Source: Mycolicibacterium smegmatis
GTDB lineage: Bacteria; Actinomycetota; Actinomycetes; Mycobacteriales; Mycobacteriaceae
Direction: 5' to 3'
Length of the DNA: 32,000 bases
Assembly (NCBI RefSeq): GCF_001457595.1
Contig: NZ_LN831039.1
Coordinates: 1,890,001-1,922,000 of the forward strand
The notes beneath the pieces are model-generated. The model made no database searches. It had not been told where the DNA came from and was given only the letters and a program-made list of their open reading frames with translations. Positions 1 through 7,449 of this stretch are shown piece by piece; the stretch's first letter is position 1, and each line of letters begins with the position of its first letter. The translations under genes were made by a program, and so were the position numbers.

Positions 1-618
1 GACGGCAGCCACGCCCTGATGACGGTCGGTTCGGTGCCCAACACCTCGGGCCTGGGCCTGGAGCGTGTCGGCATCGAACTCGGCGCGGGTGGCTACCTGA
101 CCGTGGACCGGGTCTCGCGCACCCAGGTGCCGGGTATCTACGCGGCGGGTGACTGCACGGGCCTGCTGCCGCTCGCGTCGGTCGCGGCGATGCAGGGACG
201 CATCGCGATGTACCACGCGCTCGGGGAGGCCGTGGCGCCCATCCGGTTGCGCACGGTCGCCGCCGCGGTGTTCACGCGTCCGGAGATCGCGGCCGTGGGC
301 GTGCCGCAGGCCAAGATCGACGACGGATCCGTGCCGGCCCGCACCCTGACGCTGCCGCTCGCGACCAACGCGCGCGCCAAGATGTCCAGCCTGACCCACG
401 GTTTCGTGAAGATCTTCTGCCGCCCGGCCACGGGTGTGGTGATCGGCGGTGTGGTCGTGGCGCCGATCGCCTCGGAGCTGATCCTGCCGATCGCGCTGGC
501 GGTGCAGAACGGCATCCCGGTGTCCGAACTCGCGCAGACGTTCTCGGTGTACCCGTCGCTGTCGGGCTCGATCACCGAGGCCGCGCGCCAGTTGATGCAG
601 CACGACGACCTGGATTGA
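1..618 (+). CDS. lpdA: Pyridine nucleotide-disulfide (flavoprotein) oxidoreductase, C-terminal part; 5' end lies outside the window
   Basis: Frame 1 is open from base 1 (DGSHALMTVGSVPN...). The translation shows the GDC motif (IYAAGDCTG) and the C-terminal dimerisation domain typical of lipoamide-dehydrogenase-like flavoproteins. It lies directly upstream of glpD2, as I recall for Mtb Rv3303c/Rv3302c. Confidence 0.8.
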   Translation, partial: DGSHALMTVGSVPNTSGLGLERVGIELGAGGYLTVDRVSRTQVPGIYAAGDCTGLLPLASVAAMQGRIAMYHALGEAVAPIRLRTVAAAVFTRPEIAAVGVPQAKIDDGSVPARTLTLPLATNARAKMSSLTHGFVKIFCRPATGVVIGGVVVAPIASELILPIALAVQNGIPVSELAQTFSVYPSLSGSITEAARQLMQHDDLD

Positions 619-656
619 TCAGGTTTGACCGGCCCGGCAACCGGCAAATCTGAGGC

Positions 657-2423
657 GTGCCACGTAGCCTGAGAACCGTGACTGTCCCGAAACCGGCTCC
701 GGGCGACGGGCAAACCTTCCTGGGGCCACAGCAACGGGCGCAAGCCTGGGAGCAACTCGGCAATCAACAATTTGACGTCGTCGTCATCGGAGGCGGTGTG
801 GTCGGCGCGGGCGCCGCCCTGGATGCCGCGACGCGCGGCTTGAAGGTCGCGCTGGTCGAGGCGCGTGATTTCGCCTCCGGTACCTCCAGCCGCAGCAGCA
901 AGATGTTCCACGGCGGCCTGCGCTATCTCGAACAGTTGGAGTTCGGGCTGGTCCGTGAGGCGCTGCACGAACGTGAACTGTCGCTGACGACGCTGGCCCC
1001 ACATCTGGTGAAGCCCTTGCCTTTCCTGTTCCCGCTCACCAACCGGTGGTGGGAGCGGCCCTACGTGGCGGCGGGCATCTTCCTCTACGACCAGCTCGGC
1101 GGCGCGAAATCGGTTCCGGCGCAGAAGCATCTGACCAAGGCCGGTGCGTTGCGCCTGGCGCCCGGACTCAAGCGCAGCTCGCTGATCGGCGGAATCCGTT
1201 ACTACGACACCGTTGTCGACGACGCCAGGCACACCATGACCGTCGCGCGCACCGCGGCCCACTACGGTGCGGTGGTGCGCAGTTCGACGCAGGTGGTCGC
1301 GCTGCTGCGCGAGGGTGACCGGGTGACCGGCGTGCGGGTGCGTGACTCCGAGGACGGCTCGGTCACCGAGGTCAACGGCCACGTCGTGGTCAACGCGACG
1401 GGCGTGTGGACCGACGAGATCCAGGCGTTGTCCAAGCAGCGCGGCCGCTTCCGGGTGCGGGCCTCCAAGGGCGTGCACATCGTGGTGCCGCGCGACCGTA
1501 TCGTCAGCGAGGTCGCGATCATCCTGCGCACCGAGAAGTCGGTGCTGTTCGTGATCCCGTGGGGCACGCACTGGATCATCGGCACCACCGACACCGACTG
1601 GAATCTCGATCTCGCGCACCCGGCCGCGACGAAGGCCGACATCGACTACATCCTGGGCCACGTCAACACCGTGCTGGCGACACCGCTGACCCACGACGAC
1701 ATCGACGGCGTCTACGCGGGACTGCGGCCACTGCTGGCCGGTGAGAGCGAGGAAACCTCCAAACTGTCACGCGAACACGCCGTCGCGGTGCCCGCGCCCG
1801 GCCTGGTCGCGATCGCGGGCGGGAAATACACCACCTACCGCGTGATGGCCGCCGACGCGATCGACGCGGCCGCGGAGTTCGTGCCGACGCGCGTGGCACC
1901 GTCGATCACCGAGAAGGTTCCGCTGATGGGCGCCGACGGGTACTTCGCGCTGATCAACCAGACCGAGCATGTGGGACGGCAGTACGGCCTGCACCCGTAC
2001 CGGGTGCGGCACCTGCTGGACCGTTACGGCTCGCTGATCGGCGAGGTGCTCGCGCTCGCCGACGGCAAACCTGAACTGCTCGAGCCGATCACCGAGGCGC
2101 CGGTGTACCTCAAGGTCGAGGCGGCCTATGCCGCGGCGGCCGAGTCGGCGCTGCACCTCGAGGACATCCTGGCCCGGCGCATGCGCATCTCGATCGAGTA
2201 CCCGCACCGCGGCGTCGAGTGCGCGCGCGAGGTTGCCGAAGTGGTTGCCCCGATCCTGGGATGGAGCGGCGAGGACGTCGACCGCGAGGTCGCCACCTAC
2301 GCCGCCCGGGTGGACGCCGAGGTGCGCTCGCAGCAGCAACCCGACGACGAATCCGCCGATGCGCTGCGGCAGGCCGCGCCCGAGGCCCGCGCCGAGATCC
2401 TCGAACCGGTACCGCTCAATTGA
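657..2423 (+). CDS. glpD2: FAD-dependent glycerol-3-phosphate dehydrogenase
   Basis: 588-aa ORF with an N-terminal DVVVIGGGVVGAGAALDAATRG dinucleotide-binding fold, then SSRSSKMFHGGLRYLEQ and the GlpD C-terminal domain. The start (GTG 657) is not verified. Confidence 0.9.
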   Translation: MPRSLRTVTVPKPAPGDGQTFLGPQQRAQAWEQLGNQQFDVVVIGGGVVGAGAALDAATRGLKVALVEARDFASGTSSRSSKMFHGGLRYLEQLEFGLVREALHERELSLTTLAPHLVKPLPFLFPLTNRWWERPYVAAGIFLYDQLGGAKSVPAQKHLTKAGALRLAPGLKRSSLIGGIRYYDTVVDDARHTMTVARTAAHYGAVVRSSTQVVALLREGDRVTGVRVRDSEDGSVTEVNGHVVVNATGVWTDEIQALSKQRGRFRVRASKGVHIVVPRDRIVSEVAIILRTEKSVLFVIPWGTHWIIGTTDTDWNLDLAHPAATKADIDYILGHVNTVLATPLTHDDIDGVYAGLRPLLAGESEETSKLSREHAVAVPAPGLVAIAGGKYTTYRVMAADAIDAAAEFVPTRVAPSITEKVPLMGADGYFALINQTEHVGRQYGLHPYRVRHLLDRYGSLIGEVLALADGKPELLEPITEAPVYLKVEAAYAAAAESALHLEDILARRMRISIEYPHRGVECAREVAEVVAPILGWSGEDVDREVATYAARVDAEVRSQQQPDDESADALRQAAPEARAEILEPVPLN

Positions 2424-3295
2424 GACGCCCGGCGGCGTCCCCGAAGGGCCTGCCGGAACGTCCGGGGCACGAGGGGATCGGTCCGGCACGTCTCAAGGTC
2501 CAGGGCGGCCGGTTGGTCGACGAACTCGAGCGGCGCTTCGGCGCGGGATGGAAAGTCCGCGCGGGCGAGGTCTTCTCGCGTGACGGCACGGTTCTCGACG
2601 AATCCACGGTGCTACCACCGGGAAGCCACGTGTATCTGTACCGGGATCTGCCCGACGAGGTCGTCGTGCCGTTCGACATCCCGGTCCTGTACCGCGACGA
2701 CGACATCGTCGTGGTCGACAAGCCGCACTTCCTCGCGACCATGCCGCGCGGCGCGCATGTCACGCAGACCGCGCTGGTGCGGTTGCGACGTGAACTCGAT
2801 CTGCCCGAACTCGCACCGGCGCACCGCCTCGACCGGCTGACCGCGGGCGTGCTGCTGTTCACCGTGCGCCGCGAACTGCGCGGTGCATACCAGACCATGT
2901 TCGCGCGCGGCGACGTGCAGAAGACGTATCTCGCGCACGCCGAGGGCGTGCCGAAGATCGCGTTGCCCGCGACGCTGCGCAGCCGGATCGTCAAGCACCG
3001 TGGACGATTGCAGGCTTTCGAGGAGCCGGGGGAGCCCAATGCCGAGACGTATGTCGAGGCCGTGGGCGACGGGCTCTACCGGTTGACCCCGCGCACCGGA
3101 CGCACGCATCAACTGCGGGTGCACATGGCGTCCATCGGCCTGCCGATCACCGGTGATCCGTTCTATCCCACCGTGATCGACGTGGCACCCGGCGACTTCG
3201 GCCGCCCGTTGCAGCTGCTGGCCCAGCGGTTGATGTTCGACGATCCGGTCAGCGGTGCGCGCCGCGAGTTCGTGAGCCGCCGCACCCTCGGGTGA
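2420..3295 (+). CDS. RluA-family pseudouridine synthase
   Basis: The translation has VVVDKPHFLATMP ... HRLDRLTAGVLLF (catalytic Asp motif) ... TGRTHQLRVH. The ORF-track start at 2219 lies inside glpD2. TTG 2420 is the first plausible start and overlaps the glpD2 stop as TTGA. No in-frame ATG or GTG occurs before the conserved N-terminal region. Confidence 0.75.
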   Translation: MRRPAASPKGLPERPGHEGIGPARLKVQGGRLVDELERRFGAGWKVRAGEVFSRDGTVLDESTVLPPGSHVYLYRDLPDEVVVPFDIPVLYRDDDIVVVDKPHFLATMPRGAHVTQTALVRLRRELDLPELAPAHRLDRLTAGVLLFTVRRELRGAYQTMFARGDVQKTYLAHAEGVPKIALPATLRSRIVKHRGRLQAFEEPGEPNAETYVEAVGDGLYRLTPRTGRTHQLRVHMASIGLPITGDPFYPTVIDVAPGDFGRPLQLLAQRLMFDDPVSGARREFVSRRTLG

Positions 3296-3298
3296 GGT

Positions 3299-3315
3299 TC
3301 GCTCAGCGTGAGTGA
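3299..3315. terminator. Short hairpin between convergent stop codons (7-bp stem with one G-T pair, 3-nt loop)
   Basis: The sequence is ttcgctca-gcg-tgagtga. It lies between the TGA at 3293-3295 and the minus-strand stop at 3317-3319. There is no U-tract. Confidence 0.3.
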
Positions 3316-3316
3316 C

Positions 3317-3904
3317 TCAGCCGGGCCATTTCGTGCGGCCGTCGCCGTGGTCGAGCAGCAGATGAAGCTCGTCTGACCAGGCGTGGGCGCGCTGGTGGTC
3401 GAGCACCTTGCGGGTCAGGGCGGCCAGCAGGCCACACAACACGGTGATGGCTGCCCACAGCGCGACGGCCGATCCGGTCGCGTACGCCCTCGCCGTCGTC
3501 GGGGAGATGGGCGGCGGAACACGCTGGCCCTTGGCGTCGACCCAAATCTGGACCTTGTCGCCCGGCTGGACCTTGCCGGTGGGACGCAAGGCGCCCGTGT
3601 GTTCCTCGCCGTTGACGTTCCACTTGATGCCGACGATGCGGACGTTGGCCCCTTCGACGTTGGACTGGCTGTCGTTGACCACCGTGGCGTCGACCTGATG
3701 ACGCGTCTGCGCCTGCACGGTCGCCTCACGGAGTTGGTCGGCATGGACCTCGTCGCCGAACGAGATCACGTACGGGATGACGAGGACGCTGACAACGATC
3801 GCCAATACGACGGCGAGAGCCTCGATGCGGTCGGTGCGTCGAACGAGCGGATTCTTACCGAGGGCACGCAGCACCCACCATCGACGCCGGCTGGTGACGG
3901 GCAC
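3317..3904 (-). CDS. Rv1733c-like conserved mycobacterial membrane protein (two TM helices)
   Basis: The N-terminus (RALGKNPLVRRTDRIEALAVVLAIVV) carries the NPL(R/V)RxxDR motif followed by a TM helix. A second TM helix sits near the C-terminus. This matches the family as I remember it. Confidence 0.7.
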   Translation of the reverse strand: MPVTSRRRWWVLRALGKNPLVRRTDRIEALAVVLAIVVSVLVIPYVISFGDEVHADQLREATVQAQTRHQVDATVVNDSQSNVEGANVRIVGIKWNVNGEEHTGALRPTGKVQPGDKVQIWVDAKGQRVPPPISPTTARAYATGSAVALWAAITVLCGLLAALTRKVLDHQRAHAWSDELHLLLDHGDGRTKWPG

Positions 3905-4052
3905 TTGTCACCCGCCTTGTTTCGGGGGTGTTACGGCCATGTATCCCATGCTGACACCGGGTTCCCCTGACTTGCCAGTAAGTAATGGCTGGTGGAGGCC
4001 AATATCACACCGGGTGCGCAGGGAGGCGCAGGGCACATGTTCTACTGACGCG

Positions 4053-4823
4053 GTGGATCGCCAGAGATTCGAGCGCCTCTTCGACATGTCGGATCGTACG
4101 GTCATCGTGACCGGGGGTACCCGCGGCATCGGGTTGTCACTCGCCGAAGGGTTCGTGCTCGCCGGTGCGCGCGTGGTCGTCGCGAGCCGCAAGCCCGACG
4201 CGTGTGAGACCGCGGCCGCCCATTTACGTGAGCTCGGCGGCGACGCCGTCGGGGTACCCGCGCACACCGGTGACGTCGACGATCTCGGCGCAGTGGTGGA
4301 GCGCGCGGTCTCGGAGTTCGGCGGCGTCGACGTCGTGGTCAACAATGCCGCCAACGCGCTGGCGCAGCCGCTGGGGAAGATGACGCCCGAGGCGTGGGCC
4401 AAGTCGTACGAGGTGAACCTGCGCGGCCCGGTGTTCCTGGTCCAGCACGCACTGCCGTACCTGCAGAAGAGCCAGAATGCCGCGGTGCTGAACATGGTCT
4501 CGGTCGGTGCGTTCAATTTCGCGCCCGCACTGTCGATCTATGCGTCGAGCAAGGCCGCGCTGATGTCGGTCACCCGATCCATGGCCGCCGAGTTCGCGCC
4601 GTCGGGGATCCGGGTCAACGCGCTGGCCCCCGGACCCGTGGACACCGACATGATGCGCAAGAACCCGCAGGAGGCCATCGACGCGATGACCGCGGGGACG
4701 CTGATGAAGCGTCTCGCCCATCCGGACGAGATGGTGGGCGCCGCGCTGCTGCTGTGCTCGGACGCGGGCAGTTACATGACCGGTCAGGTGGTCATCGTGG
4801 ACGGCGGCGGAACTCCTCGCTGA
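4053..4823 (+). CDS. Short-chain dehydrogenase/reductase (FabG-like)
   Basis: The translation has RTVIVTGGTRGIG (TGxxxGIG), NNAA, YxxxK (YASSKAAL) and a C-terminal VDGG. Codons upstream of about 4040 have only about 60% GC3, so the ORF-track start at 3777 is rejected. GTG 4053 is preferred because it keeps the conserved LFDMSDRTV lead-in. GTG 4014 and ATG 4086 are alternatives. Confidence 0.85.
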   Translation: MDRQRFERLFDMSDRTVIVTGGTRGIGLSLAEGFVLAGARVVVASRKPDACETAAAHLRELGGDAVGVPAHTGDVDDLGAVVERAVSEFGGVDVVVNNAANALAQPLGKMTPEAWAKSYEVNLRGPVFLVQHALPYLQKSQNAAVLNMVSVGAFNFAPALSIYASSKAALMSVTRSMAAEFAPSGIRVNALAPGPVDTDMMRKNPQEAIDAMTAGTLMKRLAHPDEMVGAALLLCSDAGSYMTGQVVIVDGGGTPR

Positions 4824-5580
4824 ACGCGCGCACCACGCCTGCGGTCGACGCCAGGATCTGACTGCGGTTCTCGACGTGCAGCGCGGCCTCGAGGCATCCG
4901 GCATCCAGGTTCGCCCACAACACCTGTTTGGTCGATTCGACGCCGAATTTGCCGTAGCTGCAGAGCGTTTCGGCGATCTCCATGGCCTCGGCGGTCACAT
5001 CGGCGCACACGCGCGAAACCAGCCCGAGCCGTAGGGCTTCGGTGGCGTCGACCGCACGCGCGGTGAGGATCAGGTCGAAAGCTGGGCCCGCACCGATGAT
5101 CCGGGGCAGGGTGTAGCTGACGCCGATGTCGCATCCGCCGATGCCGAGTTTGATGAACTGCGTGCAGAAGCGTGCCGATTCGGCGGCCAGCCGGATGTCG
5201 CTCGCGGCGGCCAGCGCGAAGCCGCCGCCGTACGCCGGCCCGTTGACCGCGGCGATCACCGGCTGACGCAGCCGGTGCAGTTTCACCGTGAGGTTCGCGA
5301 TGCGTTCCTGCCACCGCATGCCCGAGCGCGGGAACTCCGTCCCGCCTGCGGCCTCGGGCGGATTCGGCGCACTCAGGTCCAGGCCCGAACAGAAGCCGCG
5401 ACCGGCCCCGGTGAGCACCACGACGCGGCAGTCGTTGTCGGCGGCGACGTCATCGAGGGCGCCGTGCAGCGCCTCGACGAGTTCGTACGAAAGCGCATTG
5501 AGTTTTTCGGGCCGGTTGAGCGTGAGGACGGCGATGTCCGGGCGTGGACGGGTGACATCGAGCGGGGTTGCAAGCGACAT
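4792..5580 (-). CDS. Enoyl-CoA hydratase/isomerase (crotonase family)
   Basis: The translation has LTLNRPEKLNALS ... VVVLTGAGRGFCSGLDL ... AAVNGPAYGGG, the crotonase oxyanion-hole motifs. ATG 5580 (MSLATP) is chosen because it avoids overlap with the upstream TetR stop. Confidence 0.85.
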   Translation of the reverse strand: MSLATPLDVTRPRPDIAVLTLNRPEKLNALSYELVEALHGALDDVAADNDCRVVVLTGAGRGFCSGLDLSAPNPPEAAGGTEFPRSGMRWQERIANLTVKLHRLRQPVIAAVNGPAYGGGFALAAASDIRLAAESARFCTQFIKLGIGGCDIGVSYTLPRIIGAGPAFDLILTARAVDATEALRLGLVSRVCADVTAEAMEIAETLCSYGKFGVESTKQVLWANLDAGCLEAALHVENRSQILASTAGVVRAFSEEFRRRPR

Positions 5581-5603
5581 GAGCCGCAGACTAGACGGTC
5601 GGT

Positions 5604-6278
5604 TCAGTCGGTACTGCGCCATCCGTTGACGCCGACGGCGATCATGCGCATCTGTTTGACGGCCGTGCGGTGGATGGCCTCGATGGACTCCGCGTCGGTG
5701 GCGTCCTCGAGCGCCTCGGCCAGCGAGATCATCGCGTTGACGAACAGGTTGGCCAGGATGTTGAGATCCTCGCTGCTCCAGTCCTTCAGCGCGGGGAACC
5801 GGGCCAGGTCGATCGCGAGTTCGGAGGTGATCAGGCGGATCTCGGTGCGGATGGCATAGCGCAGCGCCGAGGCCCCACCGGACCGCTCGCGGGCGATGAA
5901 CCGCCAGTGCTCACGACGCTCGTTGAAGCTGCCGACCAGGATCTCGGCCGACGACTCGATGACATGGTGCGGGTCGAGTTTTCCCGCGCGCGCACCGCGC
6001 AGCATGTCGCGCAGCGAGCGGAACGACTCGTCGATGAGTACCAGGCCCAGTGCGTCCATCGAGTCGAAGTGGCGGTAGAAGGCGGCTGGGACGATACCCG
6101 CCTCGCGGGTGACCTCACGCAGGCTCAATGCACTGAAGCTGTGGTCCTTGAGCAGCTTGAGCGCAGCGGCGATCAACGCCCGGCGGGTGGCCTCTTTGCG
6201 CTCCTCGCGGGTCAGGGTGTCACGCGACCGCGACGTTTCGGATCGTCGTGTTCGGGTACTCGGTGTACGTCTGTTCAC
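5604..6278 (-). CDS. TetR-family transcriptional regulator, divergent from the reductase/desaturase genes
   Basis: The HTH region reads ALIAAALKLLKDHSFSALSLREVTREAGIVPAAFYRHF. The start is uncertain. ATG 6320 sits inside the -35 box of the divergent promoter, and its first roughly 28 codons have only about 43% GC3. GTG 6278 has a TACGGT -10-like hexamer (6292-6287) 8 nt upstream. GTG 6296 is also in frame. Confidence 0.8.
   Translation of the reverse strand: MNRRTPSTRTRRSETSRSRDTLTREERKEATRRALIAAALKLLKDHSFSALSLREVTREAGIVPAAFYRHFDSMDALGLVLIDESFRSLRDMLRGARAGKLDPHHVIESSAEILVGSFNERREHWRFIARERSGGASALRYAIRTEIRLITSELAIDLARFPALKDWSSEDLNILANLFVNAMISLAEALEDATDAESIEAIHRTAVKQMRMIAVGVNGWRSTD
6235..6259 (+). 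promoter_or_regulatory. SigF-type promoter motif GTTT-N15-GGGTAC
   Basis: GTTT is at 6235-6238, followed by a 15-nt spacer and GGGTA at 6254-6258. It faces the reductase-desaturase operon, about 90 nt upstream of ATG 6350. Confidence 0.4.
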
Positions 6279-6288
6279 TGATGTGAAC
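6262..6288. promoter_or_regulatory. Operator-like site 1: GGTGTAC-gtc-TGTTCACT, extended by a perfect GTTCAC-tgat-GTGAAC inverted repeat
   Basis: It is a repeat of the motif at 6341-6359 (15 of 18 positions identical) with internal dyad symmetry. It overlaps GTG 6278. Confidence 0.55.
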
Positions 6289-6313
6289 CGTAGCACAGAA
6301 AGCGAATTGATCG

Positions 6314-6343
6314 TTGACATCTCCCGTCGAACGCACGCATGGT
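6314..6343 (+). promoter_or_regulatory. SigA-type promoter for a leaderless reductase-desaturase transcript
   Basis: TTGACA is at 6314-6319, followed by an 18-nt spacer and CATGGT at 6338-6343. The A of ATG 6350 is the 7th nt after the -10 hexamer. Confidence 0.5.
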
Positions 6344-6359
6344 GTACACATGTTCACTC
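6341..6359. promoter_or_regulatory. Operator-like site 2: GGTGTAC-aca-TGTTCACT
   Basis: It is an imperfect palindrome (GTGTACA / rc GTGAACA). It overlaps the -10 hexamer, the predicted +1 and the ATG of the reductase gene. Confidence 0.55.
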
Positions 6360-7441
6360 AAACGACCGCCGCCGGATTCGGCCGGCGGTTGCTGGCCGGA
6401 TCCCGCATGGCGAGGCTGGCCGATCTGTTGACGGGCCCGCACGGTGTGGATCGCTACACCGAGCTGGTCGAGCCCACCTGGTCGCGCCACGACGCGCGCG
6501 CCAGGGTGGTCGCGGTGCGGCGGCAGACGCCGCGCAGTGTCACCCTCACGCTGGAACCCAACGGCGCGTTCACCGGTTTTCGGGCCGGTCAGCACATCAA
6601 CCTGTCTGTCGAGATCAACGGCAGGCGACGCACGCGGTGCTACTCACCGGCCAGCGCCGAGGGCGCCGACGCGATCGAGCTCACCATCGGCCGCCATGAC
6701 GGCGGTCTGGTGTCGACCTACCTGTGTGATCACGCCTACGCCGGCATGGTGCTGGGGCTCGACTCGGTCGGCGGCGATTTCGTCCTGCCGGACACGCCGC
6801 CGGAGCGGATCCTGTTCGTCTCGGGCGGCAGCGGCATCACCCCGGTGCTGTCGATGCTGCGCACGCTGCGTGCACAGGCGTTCACCGGAGAGGTCGGCTT
6901 CCTGCACTATGCGCGCAGTGCCGACGAGGCGTGCTACCGCGACGAGCTCGACGGCATCCGCGCGGCCATGCCGCACCTGCGGGTGCTGCACGGGTACACC
7001 CGCGACGCGCACGGCACCGACCTGGTCGGGCGATTCGGCCCCGACCACCTGGCCGCCGCGCTGCCGGGGAATCGTCCCGACGCCGTGTACGTCTGCGGCC
7101 CAAAGGATCTGGTCGCCGCGGTGGAAGAGCACTGCGACAATGTGCGATCCGAGTGCTTCGTGCCGCCGACGTTCTCGGCATCGGCGTCCGGCGGCACCGT
7201 GACCTTCACCGACAGCGCCGTCGCGGTGACCGACGACGGACAACCACTGCTCACGCAGGCCGAGGCGGCCGGGCTGACCCCGCTGAGCGGATGCCGCATG
7301 GGCATCTGCCACAGCTGCACGCGGACCAAAACCCGTGGCGCCGTGCGCAACCTGATCACCGGTGCGGTTTCCGGCACCGACAACGAAGACATCCAGATCT
7401 GCGTCACCGCACCCGTCGGTGACGTCGACATCGACCTGTGA
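6350..7441 (+). CDS. Ferredoxin-reductase-type oxidoreductase (FAD/NAD-binding domain fused to a C-terminal 2Fe-2S ferredoxin); Rv3230c-like desaturase partner
   Basis: The translation has RCYSPAS (RxYS flavin motif), ILFVSGGSGITP (NAD-binding) and a C-terminal CRMGICHSC...C cluster motif. It lies directly upstream of the desaturase. Confidence 0.85.
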   Translation: MFTQTTAAGFGRRLLAGSRMARLADLLTGPHGVDRYTELVEPTWSRHDARARVVAVRRQTPRSVTLTLEPNGAFTGFRAGQHINLSVEINGRRRTRCYSPASAEGADAIELTIGRHDGGLVSTYLCDHAYAGMVLGLDSVGGDFVLPDTPPERILFVSGGSGITPVLSMLRTLRAQAFTGEVGFLHYARSADEACYRDELDGIRAAMPHLRVLHGYTRDAHGTDLVGRFGPDHLAAALPGNRPDAVYVCGPKDLVAAVEEHCDNVRSECFVPPTFSASASGGTVTFTDSAVAVTDDGQPLLTQAEAAGLTPLSGCRMGICHSCTRTKTRGAVRNLITGAVSGTDNEDIQICVTAPVGDVDIDL

Positions 7442-7449
7442 GGACTCTG

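Noticed and set aside
138-1694. 518-aa minus-strand ORF opposite lpdA and glpD2
   Set aside because: It is an antisense shadow ORF typical of high-GC DNA. It is Arg/Gly/His-rich and has no recognisable domain. The + strand genes have clear family signatures.
2219-2419. N-terminal 67 codons of the ORF-track pseudouridine synthase
   Set aside because: It lies inside the glpD2 coding region in another frame and is Arg-rich. TTG 2420 at the glpD2 stop is a more sensible start.
3905-4052. DosR-type box upstream of the Rv1733c-like gene (the Mtb homologue is in the DosR regulon), and the tandem GCGCAGGG repeat at about 4015-4035
   Set aside because: I could not find a GGGACT-WW-AGTCCC-like dyad here or elsewhere in the window. 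The 8-nt tandem repeat is too short to interpret.
7374-7382. Second TTGTCGGTG (PafBC-type) box on the minus strand inside the reductase gene
   Set aside because: It is intragenic, and the hexamer 8 nt downstream (CGCACC) has no -10 character. It is a chance occurrence.
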